64,000 bases of DNA from Auanema rhodensis (Eukaryota; Animalia; Nematoda): the NCBI GenBank assembly GCA_964057225.1, contig OZ059895.1, forward strand, positions 9,610,001 through 9,674,000, in the 5' to 3' direction. A program made the translations under genes and the position numbers. Below are positions 1-11,720 of the stretch, one piece after another (positions within the stretch are counted from its first letter, which is position 1; each line of letters begins with the position of its first letter). The notes under the pieces were generated by a model. That model was not told where the DNA came from and searched no databases. It worked only from the letters and a program-made list of their open reading frames with translations.

Positions 1-13
1 TAAAAAATGGCGT

Positions 14-802
14 ATGTTTGTGTTGTTGTTTGTGAACTATTCAAAAATGGAGCTAACTGCATATCCAAACCGTGATAACTTTTTAATTGACACTCTAGGC
101 TGGAATAATGAAAACAAGGATACTACATTAAAGGAGGAGTTTCCAAATTTGAAAGTAGATATCAGCGATGTACATTTGCTCATTCAAGAGTTTGATCTAT
201 ACGCTGGATTAGCTATGGCTATAGAAGATAAACTCGCAAAGGATCGAATACACTACCCCATGACATCAGTGAAAATGCGCTCTTATTTTATAGAAGGAGG
301 CCGTTTGGATTCACCCAATAATATATTATTCACGTCGCATACACCGAAGCGTGTTGTAGTAGGTCTTGTCGGCGCACACGCTTATAATGGTACTTTTAAA
401 CATTCGCCATTCAACTTTAAACCGTTTGATTTGAAAAATATATACTTGACGCTCAACAATAGGGTAATACCTACGCGCCCTTATAATTTAGAATGGCGAT
501 CTTCCTATGCCACAGCATATATTGACATGTTGGAAGGTTTGGGACTTGGTCGTACAGATTCATCCAATGGTATCACACCAGCAATGTATAAAGCTGGTTT
601 CACATTTTTTGTATTTGATTTTTCTCCTACTGTGCATTCGTCAGAGTTATTTGATGTTATACGACAAGGTAATGTAGCCTTGAAATTGGAATTTGGTCAA
701 CAAACGCCGCAAGAGGGCTTATATGCAATTGTTTATGCAGAGTTTGACTCTATTCTTTCCATTGACAACAATCGTGCTCCATATATTGATACCAGTTTGT
801 GA
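14..802 (+). CDS. Maverick/Polinton major capsid protein (double jelly-roll), C-terminal part; 5' end probably outside the window
   Basis: Motifs typical of Polinton MCP C-termini: YP..VK, PKRVVVGLV..AYNG...SPFNF, AY..M...LG...NGIT...Y..GFT.FVFD.SP, LEF, VYAEFD..L.ID..R. Adjacent to pPolB. AATAAA at 809. Confidence 0.8.
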   Translation: MFVLLFVNYSKMELTAYPNRDNFLIDTLGWNNENKDTTLKEEFPNLKVDISDVHLLIQEFDLYAGLAMAIEDKLAKDRIHYPMTSVKMRSYFIEGGRLDSPNNILFTSHTPKRVVVGLVGAHAYNGTFKHSPFNFKPFDLKNIYLTLNNRVIPTRPYNLEWRSSYATAYIDMLEGLGLGRTDSSNGITPAMYKAGFTFFVFDFSPTVHSSELFDVIRQGNVALKLEFGQQTPQEGLYAIVYAEFDSILSIDNNRAPYIDTSL

Positions 803-931
803 TGTATGTAATAAAATTCTTTAAAAGATGAGAAGAATAAAATTTAATAATACAACTATTTTTAAAAATAAATACATAAATACAAATATATACACTATAA
901 TAAAAATATATAAATTCAAATATATTAAAAC

Positions 932-3900
932 TTATTCACAATAACCGTAGGGTAAAGTACTATAATCTTGTAGATAACAAAGTTTATCCATTACAACTTT
1001 AGTACTTTTTGTCATATCCATTGTGGATATTTCACCGAGTTGCTTCTTTAACAAGGTTGTATTGGTTTTTAAAACCAATTTCTCTCCATCCATAAGTCCA
1101 CGAACCAGTCGCTCCAAATTTTCAAAGTTTACTACTGATGCTGCCGTGTGGTCCAACGTCTGAAAATTATAAAATTATTTGAAAAGTCAAAGCTCGTACT
1201 TACCACTCCCTCTGCCTTTGTTACATACTTTACATCACCAGCTGCATTTACAAGTTTATACCTATAAACCTTTGCCGCTGGTGACACAAACTTGGTCATT
1301 GACTTTTTTTTGACCTTTTGAACCCGGTGAGTTCCCTTGCAGGATCAGTAATGATCCTACCAATTTATGGGTCCTCAACACCAATAATCTTGGTTTGGGC
1401 TTTATCTGGTCTTTGACCCATTTTACCCCAGGCACAATACGCAAATTTGTAATGTATTGTTTTAAAAAAGTTACAAACCTATTTAGCTGCAGTTTGGCAA
1501 TGTTACGCATGGCAGCATTCTTTTCAATTTTATTGCTCTCCAGAGCAACACCAGTGTTCTCCTCGTGTTCTTGGAGATATATCACCTGTAAAATTCTATT
1601 TAATGTGATACTTTTATTAAAACATACCTCTTCTTCCTCTGTCATGTTTGGCTTTGGCCAGCCCGATGCCTCTTGTTTAATTTTTATGTACTTTTGTACA
1701 AATTCTTTAAACAGGCCGCCTTGTTGCCATTCTTCCCAGTGCCACACCTCATGTACATGAAGCACTTTATAGCCACGTTGTATGGCACACTCAAGCTCAA
1801 CATGTGTCACAGTTAGATGCAGCTTTCTAGCATTTACATCATTTTGATGCTCACATGTTATATTTTTACGTTTGACTGCACAAGTGCGGCAGCTTATAAA
1901 AATTGATTTACCGCCGATACGTGCGCCTAATACAGGGTACAGCAAATTTGTGGGTGCAAGCACGTCACATTTCACTAGGCCCTTATATAGGCAGCATGTC
2001 TCAAAGCTTTTGAAACCCTCAGTAATCACTTTGGGATTACCTACAGGGTAATAGGCATCAAAAGCGGTGACATATGGATATAGTGAACAAAAGTCCGCAT
2101 ACTCGAGCGAGTATCTATCCGAAGCTTGTGCCAAAAGCTTATATGTCTGGGTGCGGCCACCGGTAAAGGCATCTCTAGGTGCCAAGCGTGTAACAACATT
2201 TGTTTCACGCATAAATTTCGCCATTTCTTCATTGCACGAAATTTGAGCATTAATTTCGTGCTCCCACACTGTGGTAACACTAATGCCTTGGCTTTGAATT
2301 GCTTGAAGCCTTTTCATGGTTTTATCATAAACCTAAATTTTTCAAATTAAAATGATTAACAAAAGTATAATTACCTGTTCCATTGTTTCACCATTTCTGA
2401 ATGGTGCTATAGCGCTCTTGTTGGTGCACTGGGGGCAACCATGGTAAATACAACCATTAATCTACAAAATTGCAAAAAAACAAAATTTTTTACATTTATT
2501 ACAAACTACTCACCTCATAGCCATGATTGACAACGCTGTCATAAGCATCGAGTAGATAGCGATGGCCATCTACTCTCACTGCAAATTCACCACCATTAAG
2601 CTTATGCATTAATGGGCGGACCAATCCTTGTTCTAGCCATTTTATATACTTTATGGCTATTATACTCTGCTTTTGACCGGCATAATAACCAGTCTCGGGC
2701 AGAATACCCACTTGGTTCTCTTCAATATGATTCATTTTCAACTGTAATATACTAGTTTTGAAAATGCTTGTATTTTAAAAAACTTGCCTGGAATGAAGAG
2801 AAACTGGCAGGGTTCCAGCCAGTGGTGGCGGTTGCCAACTTCATGTACACTTTCATACAGTTGGTTAAAATACGGACATCTGTCCTAGAATATTCCAAAA
2901 GCTCTTCATCAAAATCAAACGCTCTTTGATTACGCTCTTCATACCAAATATTGAATGAAGCTAGGTCTTCTGCTTTCATTCTAGCAGTATAATAGTACTG
3001 TTTTGGTGGTAAAGATGGCAACACTTTGCCATAATTTATTGGGTGATTATAGAGGTAAGGAAACTGTCCTTTACTCATATCAGGTACACCAAATGCCTTG
3101 GGTAACGCTGATAGAGGTAAGGGCACTAATAAATAACTATCTTTAAAATATAAATGATTAAATTTTTGACCTCTTAAAGGCTTGACAACCATGCTTATAA
3201 TCTTGGTCCCATTTAAAATTGGGTCAGGATATATACCACGGTTTATCAGCCTAGACACCAAGAAATGTATGTCAAAGCGTGAACCATTATGCGCAATCAA
3301 AATTGCATTATCATTCTCAATTCGATTAAAAATAAGAAAATAAAAAATGGAGTAACCAATCAAGGAAACGATCTGTTACAGACCATTCACTATCACCTTG
3401 TTGATACCCAAAATGGCCCTCCTTGGTTGTGCATTTTTCATATGAGTTGGCATCTATACAACTTTCACAAAATTTATTATACACAAACATATTGGGCCAT
3501 TGTTCATCTGCATATTCATGAACATTTGTACCGTTTTTTAACACAACCGTTTCAAAATCATAAAATATAATCTTAAACAAGTAAGTATTACACTTGAAAA
3601 TATATCAAATACAAACCTTGTATTTCTCTTGCCTCTTTTTTAACTGATCCTTTTCTTGTCGTTAGGTGGTACCCAACAACAAGAATGATCTTCAGGCTTT
3701 GTCTGACCACACTTTTCGCAAAATTTCTCATTGCAATCGTGCGGTCTATGAGCACGGACCATGTGATAGTGATCACACGCTACACATGTCTGAATTTAAG
3801 CTTGTAAAATTTTATATATATTTTTTAAATTACCTTAAACACATGTTTTTCTAATATGCCTGTCAAAGCATTGACGAGTTTTGAACAAAACTCTACAACT

Positions 3901-4431
3901 ATCACATCTTATGCTACTTTCAACCATATTTTCCATCGAATTACATTTTAAGGTGTGGCATTTCTTACACTTGGCTTTACATCTATGCAACACTGCTTTG
4001 TAAGATAATTTACAGTGTTGGCATAAAATACCATCGAAAAGCTGTGATCTACTACAAGTGGTAATACAGTCATAATGATTATTTCGGTAGCCTAGTGTTA
4101 CCACATTGCTTGCCGTTTCATTACAGACACGCTGAATAGCTTGAATAGATTGCTGCACCTTGCTGATGGCATTCATGATGGCAACGCCATCCAAATGCTC
4201 CCTTCTACGAAAATCCATAAATATGGATCTCTCTTCAAAGGATGGGTGCTCTATTGATAAACAAAATAGTGCTTTTTGTTTATCTGGCACTCCACTTTCA
4301 GCAAGACAACGATCAAGGAATTCGTTGAATATCCGCGGCATGATAACATGCATTGGTTCATAAATAGATTCCAAATGTGGGAACGTGAGCGATCTACTCA
4401 CCACGTTGGTGAACCGACCAGTGCGTTTCAT
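932..4431 (-). pseudogene. Protein-primed family B DNA polymerase (pPolB), multi-intron, decayed
   Basis: Motifs in order: Cys/His-rich N-terminus, ExoI IFYDFET, ExoII IAHNGSRFD, FKDS..LP..L..LPKAFG/KG.FPY, ExoIII Y..TDV, E.NGC.YHGC..C insert, GGRT, motif A DFCSLYP, KQEASGWP, motif B KLQLN(S)AWGK, KA(E)GVTL. Split by short introns (e.g. 3833-3790), with frameshifts and stops. Motif C (YxDTDS) not seen. Confidence 0.9.
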
Positions 4432-4986
4432 GCGTCGGTGTGACCACTATAATACACACTTTTTATAATGGTTATACGCTTTTAGTTTAAATATAAATAA
4501 TTTTTGTTTATAAGTTTTAATAAATTTACTTTTCTTTTAATTATTTTTATAAGCTTTTATTAATGTTTAAAAATAAATGACATTTGATTTTTAAATATAA
4601 AGTTTTTTTTTTCAACTTTGAAAAATTTTCTATAAACATTTGTTAATGTTTAAAAATAAATGAGAAGGACAAGATGGTGTTTTATTATTTTATTAGTTCA
4701 AAATGTTTGAAATATTTATAATTTGTAAGAATTCAAAATTGGTTGAAAGAAAGATATATAGTGAGATGAAATGTAAAGATTTCAAGATGAATGCTGTTCA
4801 AAAGAAAGAATATATAAATTTCAAAATACTTGCAATTTGTTTGATAAAAGATATAGATTGAGATGAAATGTAAAGATGAGAGAGAGAATTTTATGAATGC
4901 AATTGAAAAAGAAATATAAATTTCAAAATGCTTTCAAAATATGCAACTGGAGCAAGAGAGAATTTCATGTTTCAAAAGATATATTA

Positions 4987-5422
4987 TCAAATAATATGTA
5001 AATAAAAGATCGCACCTCTATTTTACAGACATCGTTGGAAGCCGCTCCATATCCGACTTGCCCTCCACTGGTTGATGGGGTAGCGGGATCCCATTCTCTC
5101 AAAAAGAAAAAACTAAATGTTATAATTTCAATATCGCTTACTCATCACTGTCATCTAAGGTTATTACTTCAATAACCTTTGATGATGAGGGCCCACTATT
5201 AAAAGTGGGTGCTGTGGGCTCACAGAGCTCGATCCCACCAGCCTCGGTATACTTTATACGTTCACTAAAAAAATATATATATAAATTCAAAACATTGTTA
5301 AATTACCTGAGCTGATTAATTTCTTCATAATCAAATCCTTGCTCTTCACATAAACGTTTATAACTAAAAAAAAAAAGTTCACAAACAAAAGAATCAAAAA
5401 GACACAACCTATTAGCAGCCAT
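4987..5422 (-). CDS. Small four-exon Maverick ORF (or upstream exons of pPolB)
   Basis: Exons 5422-5409, 5363-5307, 5264-5142 and 5097 onward are joined by three phase-2 GT-AG introns of 45, 42 and 44 nt. The frame reads MAANSYKRLCEEQGFDYEEINQLSERIKYTEAGG...VIEVITLDDSDEEWDPATPSTSGGQVGYG. The same structure is conserved in the copy at 10677-11057. Confidence 0.6.
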
Positions 5423-6309
5423 TGTACCTTGATAGAATGAACACATCAGTCTACACATTGCTGTTGGCATTGTAATTTGTTATGTAACATGGATTTGGGT
5501 ACAGCTGTCAAAACTAGCAGTTGCGATAAACTTTAAAATAAATAAGCATATTGGATGCATCTGTTTTTATTGTCCCCGTCGGATTAATTTTTGTTATTAG
5601 TTCTTATTAAATTAACTTTATGCGTTTCATTGAGGTCAGCGCAACTGTTTGTTAATCTCGTCGTATTTACCTTCAATGTGTGTTCTATAGAGTTATTATA
5701 TTGTTATATTAGTAAAATAAAGTTTAAAACTATTCCATCTTTTACTTACTTGCTACAATAAATATAATTAATAACAATTCGTAATTTCAAAAATTAATAA
5801 TTTAATGTCGTTCTTATCGAATTAACCTTCGATATGTGTTCCATTAAATTTTGTATTTCATATTGTTCTTATCGAATTAACCTTCGATATGTGTTTCATT
5901 GAATTACCCATATCAAGTACGGTGAACAAAATTATCTACATGCAAAAATTTTATTGTTCTTTAAAATTAAAATAAAATAGAACAAACACAATATAATAAA
6001 CTAATAAACATAATAAGTAAACAAACATAGTAAATAAATAACTATAATAAATAAAAATAATAAATGAATAAAATCAAATTTAAATCAAATTTAAATATTT
6101 TTATATTTATTTTTTTTTCACTTAATATATTTAAAAAAATGATTAAAAATATAACTATATAACTATAACTATAACTAACAATAACTATATATAATACATA
6201 TATTTGAAAAACAAATTTAAAATTTAATTCAAAAAAAAAAATTAAAATCATGCTTTAAATCATGATTTTTAAATTTAAAAAAGGAAAATCCATGAACCAT
6301 GATCCCAAA

Positions 6310-6456
6310 ATATGATTTTAACAGCTGACGCCTGAAAATATGTTTTTGACAGCTGACGCATCCCAAAAGTATGTTTTTAGCAGCTGACGCACCCAAAGGT
6401 ATGTTTTTGACAGCTGTTTGGGGGCGTGGTTAGTAAATTTTGCACGGCTCTCTACT
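6310..6456 (-). repeat. Maverick terminus with ~30-bp subterminal tandem repeats
   Basis: Four units of about CAGCTG(T/C)(C/T)AAAAACATACTTTTGGGNGCGT next to the AGTAGAGAGCCGTGCAAAATTTACTAACCACGCCCC end. The same block recurs at 8624, 9543 and 11487. Confidence 0.85.
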
Positions 6457-7997
6457 AGCGTGTATTGAAAAGGCACATAATATATTATATTTAAGGCACA
6501 CGGCTGAATATCTGCAACAAGTGATTGAGAGCAGGTTCAACCACTTCGAGTTGGACACGGAGAAAATTAGCGCTGTAGTAGCTGACGGTGGGGCTAATAT
6601 AGTGAAAGCTATTAAATCCACATTTCTGAATTGCTAAGAAATGTTTACTTATTCAATCTAATTCTTCTGTTGCAGTGTCGCCTGCTCGGCGCATTTATTA
6701 AACACGTTTGCTCAAGAACTATATAAAATAAATTATCTAAGGGAGTGCATCGAAAAAATAACTTTTTTCATCGCATCCTTCCATCGCTCTCACATGATGT
6801 ATGGGTTTTATAAGGAGTAAGCAAAAATCTACCAATTCAACTAAATTATTATCTTAGATGTTGCGAAAAGCACAACTTACCAAACTTAGATACAGCTGGG
6901 TTAGTTTGCACGAGATGGAACTCGGTTTTCATGGCGATCTGTGACGTTTTGAACGCAATAGATGCTGTCCATGATACCATTCTGAAGTTCAAGCTGCAGC
7001 CACCATCCGAAGAAGATGTGGAATTTCTGAGGAACATAAGGGAATTATTCTTTCCCATATTTGAGTCAACGTTGGAGCTGTGCAAAAAGAATTCAACACT
7101 TGGCTGCTTCCTGCCTGTTCTTTTTCATATACGAAGGAATATGAAACAATTCTCCCTTAGAGAAACAATTCCAAGTAGAGTACGCTTTTTTTTGGAAAAA
7201 ATGGAATCGATCTTCAATAAAAGATTTTCCACCTATATGAAAGACAGGATTTTAAGGCAGCACACTCTTCGGTAAGTGGTTTGAGAATAATTAATCACTT
7301 CATTACATTTTTCAGCTTTTCCTTATCTATGATTCTCGAAGATTATGAGTGGGCTGAAGTTGAGCGTGATATCACTCAACAGTTCTCTGTATCGCAGTTT
7401 TCTAACGAGAACACTGACGTCGAACACCAACAGAGTAATAATATGTGGGATTACGTTATGGCAGAACGGGGAACCACACAATCAAACGGTTTTGATCTTA
7501 GAGTACGTTTGATTATAGTTTTCATCAAAAGGTTATAAACTTTCAGGAACAGATACTATCTTACAAAGTATCATTGAAAAGTATTACAAAGTGGAAAGAA
7601 GATCCCATAGTTTATTGGAAAGATAAGAGACATGAATTACCTCTGCTTTCCGATATTGCGCTTCATTTCCTTGCAACCTCGTCTACATCCGTAGACCCTG
7701 AGAGATTGTTCAGGTAAGTAACAACTAAATAGAAATTGCTAATTCTTATTTAGACAAGCTGGGATCATTTACGGTAACAAGAGGAGATGCAGGACAACTG
7801 GCACGGTTGCTCGATCACTGCTTTTAATCGCAGCACATAATAAAATAGGAGAAGAAAGCGATTGGTCAAAAAATTGGACAGGACGTTATAACGCAAGTGC
7901 ATCAGGACCTACTGAAGAGGAAATGGTAGAAAAATCGGAACAAGATGAACAATATATGGAAGAAGACCCAATGGAAATTATAGATGTTACTAGTTGA
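6457..7997 (+). pseudogene. hAT (Ac/ZBED-like) transposase, spliced, 5'-truncated and decayed
   Basis: HTAE.L, VVADGGAN..KA, CSAHLLN, TRWNS and dimerisation-domain YWK...LP.LS..A..FL...STSVDPERLF/QAG motifs across short GT-AG introns. Confidence 0.88.
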
Positions 7998-8164
7998 AAT
8001 GTTAATAAAGTAAAATAGTTAAAATAAAGTGAAATAAAATATATGATAAAATTAAAATAAATATAAAGGAATGTTGAACGATCAATCGATAAATAATAAT
8101 TCGGCAGAAAATAAACGGCGACAAATAACGACTAATATTACGAACTAAACGACTAATTCGACTA
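6457..8164 (+). mobile_element. hAT DNA transposon, 3' part (interrupted on the left by Maverick A)
   Basis: Transposase remnant, then short (A)ACGAC(T)AA subterminal repeats at 8110-8164 ending in ...CGACTA (TAG- on the minus strand, hAT-like). pPolB sequence follows immediately. Confidence 0.7.
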
Positions 8165-8623
8165 TTATTTTTAATCGAATTGAGAATGATAATGCAACTT
8201 TGATTGCGCATAATGGTTCGCGCTTTGACATACATTTTTTGGTATCTAGGCTTATACATCGTGGAATATATCCTGACCCCATTTTAAATGAGACCAAGAT
8301 TATTAGCATGGTTGATAAGCCTTTAAGAGGTCAAAATATTAATCATTTATATTTTAAAGATAGGTATTTATTAGTGCCCTTACCTCTATCAACGTTACCC
8401 AAAGCATTTGGTGTATCTGATATGAGTAAAGGATAATTTCCATACCTCTTTAACCACCCAATAAATTATGGCAAAGTGCTACCATCCTTGCCACCAAAGC
8501 ATTACTATTGTACTGCTAGAATGAAAACCGAAGACCTTGCTTCATTCAATGTTTGGTATGAGGAGCGTAATCAAAGCGCGTTTGATTTTTATGAGGAGTT
8601 TCTGGAATATTGTAGGACAGATG
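8165..8623 (+). pseudogene. Fragment of a second pPolB copy (ExoII-ExoIII region)
   Basis: Close inverted match to about 3335-2877 (IAHNGSRFD...LPKAFG..KG). In-frame stop at 8434-8436. Confidence 0.9.
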
Positions 8624-9542
8624 AGTAGAGAGCCATGCCGAATTTACTAACCACGCCCCAAACAGTGGCTAAAAACATACTTTTGAGGGCGTCAGCTGCT
8701 AAAAAGATACTTTTAGGGGCGTCAGCTGCCAAAATCATATTTTCGGCGTCAGCTGTCAAAAATATACTTTTCCTCCCGGGGCATGCTCTCGAGCCTGCGC
8801 ATGGATCAAAATGCATGTTTTTTTTTTTAAATCATTTTAAAAATTTTTTTTTTAAATATTTTCAAAATGAATTTTTATTATTTATATATTTGTTAATTGT
8901 ATTTGTGAATATTTTTAAAATTATTTTTTTTAATGTATTTTTAATATTTATATATGTTTTAAATATTATTATTTAATTCAAAATGCAATTTTTTTAAAAT
9001 CATTTTTAAAATTATTTTTTTTAATGTTTTAAAAAGTTATATATTTTTTGAATATTTTTAAAATTATATCTTTTTAAATGTATTTTTAAAACTTGTATAT
9101 TTGAATAAATTATTTCTTATATATATTGTATTTTTTAATATTTATTTGAATATTTTTAAAAGGTAATCAATATTTTCACCGTACCTTTTATGGGTTAATC
9201 AATGGAGCTCAAATCGAAGGTTAATTCGATAAGAAGTAATAAATATTTAAACTAAATTTAATGCAACACATATTGAAGGTTAATTCGATTAGATCGTTGA
9301 AACAGATGCACTGCCCTACACATGTACCACATGACAAAAGTTTTGTTCATTAAAATATGATAAATAGCTGTACACCACATGTACCCATAACTCTGAAAAA
9401 TACTTACTATGCCAAGGGGTCATGAGTATATACGAATATTTTCAAACTTTTCAGCATCAAAAATGTTACTTTAAAGTAATTGTTGTTGTATCCCTTATAG
9501 TTTATAAATGTTCTGATAGCTAATGTATTTCATAGCTATGGC
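8624..9542 (+). mobile_element. Maverick end B (diverged family member or opposite end)
   Basis: Starts AGTAGAGAGCCATGCC...CTAACCACGCCCC with 30-bp subrepeats and the TCGAAGGTTAATTCGAT motif, but is clearly diverged from A and C internally. Confidence 0.75.
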
Positions 9543-11486
9543 AGTGGAGAGCCGTGCAAAATTTACTAACCACGCCCCCAAACAGCTGTCAAAAACATAC
9601 TTTTGGGGGCGTCAGCTGCTAAAAACATACTTTAGGAGGGGCGTCAGATGTCAAAAACATATTTTTGAGCGTCAGCTGTTAAAATCATATTTTGAGCTCA
9701 GAGCTCATGGATTTTCCTTTTTTAAATTTAAAAATCATGATTTAATGCATGATTTTTTTATTTTAAATTAAATTTCAAATTTTGTTTTTCAAATGTATGT
9801 ATATAGTAGTTATATATTTTTATTTATATTTAAAATATATTAAGTGAAAAAAAAATCTTAATTTTAAATATTTAAATTATATGTAAATTTAATATATATA
9901 AGTTATATTTAAATTTGAAATATTTAAATTTTATTTAAATTTTATATATATAAATTATATTTAAATTATATTTAAATTTTATATATATAAATTATATTTA
10001 AATTTTGAATATATTAAATTGTTTTTAAATTTTATTTAATTTTTTATTCATTTATTATATTTATTAATTATGTTTGTTTACTTATTTTGTTTATTATTTT
10101 ATTGTATTGTGTTTTTACTATTTTCATTTTTATTTTAAGGATCAATAAAATTTTTGCATGTAGATAATTTTGTTCACCGTACTTGATATGGGTAATTCAA
10201 TGAAACACATATCGAAGGTTAATTCGATAAGAACAATATGAAATACAAAATTTAATGGAACACATATCGAAGGTTAATTCGATAAGAACGACATTAAATT
10301 ATTAATTTTTGAAATTACGAATTGTTATTAATTATATTTATTGTAGCAAGTAAGTAAAAGATGGAATAGTTTTAAACTTTATTTTACTAATATAACAATA
10401 TAATAACTCTATAGAACACACATTGAAGGTAAATACGACGAGATTAACAAACAGTTGCGCTGACCTCAATGAAACGCATAAAGTTAATTTAATAAGAACT
10501 AATAACAAAAATTAATCCGACGGGGACAATAAAAACAGATGCATCCAATATGCTTATTTATTTTAAAGTTTATCGCAACTGCTAGTTTTGACAGCTGTAC
10601 CCAAATCCATGTTACATAACAAATTACAATGCCAACAGCAATGTGTAGACTGATATATTCATTCTATCAAGGTACAATGGCTGCTAATAGGTTGTGTCTT
10701 TTTGATTCTTTTGTTTGGGAACTTTTTTTTTAGTTATAAACGTTTATGTGAAGAGCTAGGATTTGATTATGAAGAGATTAATCAACTCAGGTAATTTAAC
10801 AATGTTTTGAATTTATATATATATATATTTTTAGTGAACGTATAAAGTATACCGAGGCTGGTGGGATCGAGCTTTGTGAGCCCACAGCACCCACTTTTGA
10901 TAGTGGGCCCTCATCATCAAAGTTTATTGAAGTAATAACCTTGGATGACAGTGATGAGTAAGCGATATTAAAATTATAACATTTAGTTTTTTCTTTTTGA
11001 GAGAATGGGATCCCGCTACCCCATCAACCAGTGGAGGGCAAGTCAAATATGGAGCGGTTTTTATTTTAAACATTTTTTAAACAACCGTTTAAACATTTTA
11101 AAAAATGTTTATAAAAATTTTGTATTTCAAAATTGAAAAAAAAAATTAAATGCCATTCATTTTTAAACATAAACAAGAGCATAAAAATAATTTAAAGAAA
11201 AATGAATTTATAAAAACTTATAAGCAAAAATTATTTATATTTAAACTAAAAGCGTATAACCATTATAAAAAGTGTGTATTATAGTGGTCACACCGACGCA
11301 TAAAACGCATTGGTCGGTTCACCAACGTGGTCGTTCGATCGCTCACGTTCCCACATTTGGAAAACATTAATGAGCCAATGCATGTTGTCATGCCGCGGCT
11401 ATTTAATGAGTTCCTTGATCGGTGCCTTGCTGAAAGTGGTGTGCCAGATGAACAAAAAGCACTATTTTGTCTATCAATAGAGCACC
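9543..11486 (+). mobile_element. Maverick end C (inverted near-copy of 6456 to ~4246, internally deleted)
   Basis: AGTGGAGAGCCGTGC terminus, subrepeats, small spliced ORF (10677-11057) and the first ~190 nt of the pPolB exon with ATG changed to ATA. The equivalent of ~5040-4640 is missing or replaced. Confidence 0.88.
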
Positions 11487-11640
11487 AGTAGAGAGCCGTG
11501 CAAAATGTACTAACCACGCCCCCAAACAGTTGCTAAAAACATACTTTTGAAGGCGTCAGCTGTTAAAAACATACTTTTGGGGCGCCTCAGCTGTCAAAAA
11601 CATATTTTATAAAAACATATATCTCAGCTGTCAAAAACAT
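11487..11640 (+). mobile_element. Maverick end D (terminus and subrepeats only)
   Basis: AGTAGAGAGCCGTGCAAAATGTACTAACCACGCCCC plus subrepeats, joined to internal Gypsy sequence. Confidence 0.85.
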
Positions 11641-11720
11641 AGTTAGGATCAATCAACCTAGAACACATCAAGTTTAATGGAAGCAACATTTTCAACAACC
11701 TAACAGAATCAACGTTTCCT

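Larger units (their letters stand above)
1..6456. mobile_element. Maverick/Polinton element A, right part (continues left of the window)
   Basis: Capsid-like ORF and pPolB gene converge. The element ends at ...GGCTCTCTACT (6456), i.e. 5'-AGTAGAGAGCCGTGC on the minus strand, an AG/AGT-type Polinton terminus followed by subterminal repeats. hAT coding sequence starts directly outside. Confidence 0.88.

Noticed and set aside
3325-3350. TTATTTTC-TTATTTTT near-duplication in pPolB at the position where hAT sits in the other copy (possible excision footprint)
   Set aside because: Low-complexity T-rich sequence, equally explained by a decayed intron.
6042-9771. Hydrophobic ORFs at 6042-6251, 8002-8259, 8635-8976 and 9523-9771
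   Set aside because: Translations of AT-rich or subterminal repeat sequence.
5040-11057. Inverted repeats 5040-6456 and 9543-11057 as TIRs of one element enclosing the hAT gene
   Set aside because: The AGT termini face inward toward each other, so they are outer ends of two separate Mavericks, not the ends of one composite element.
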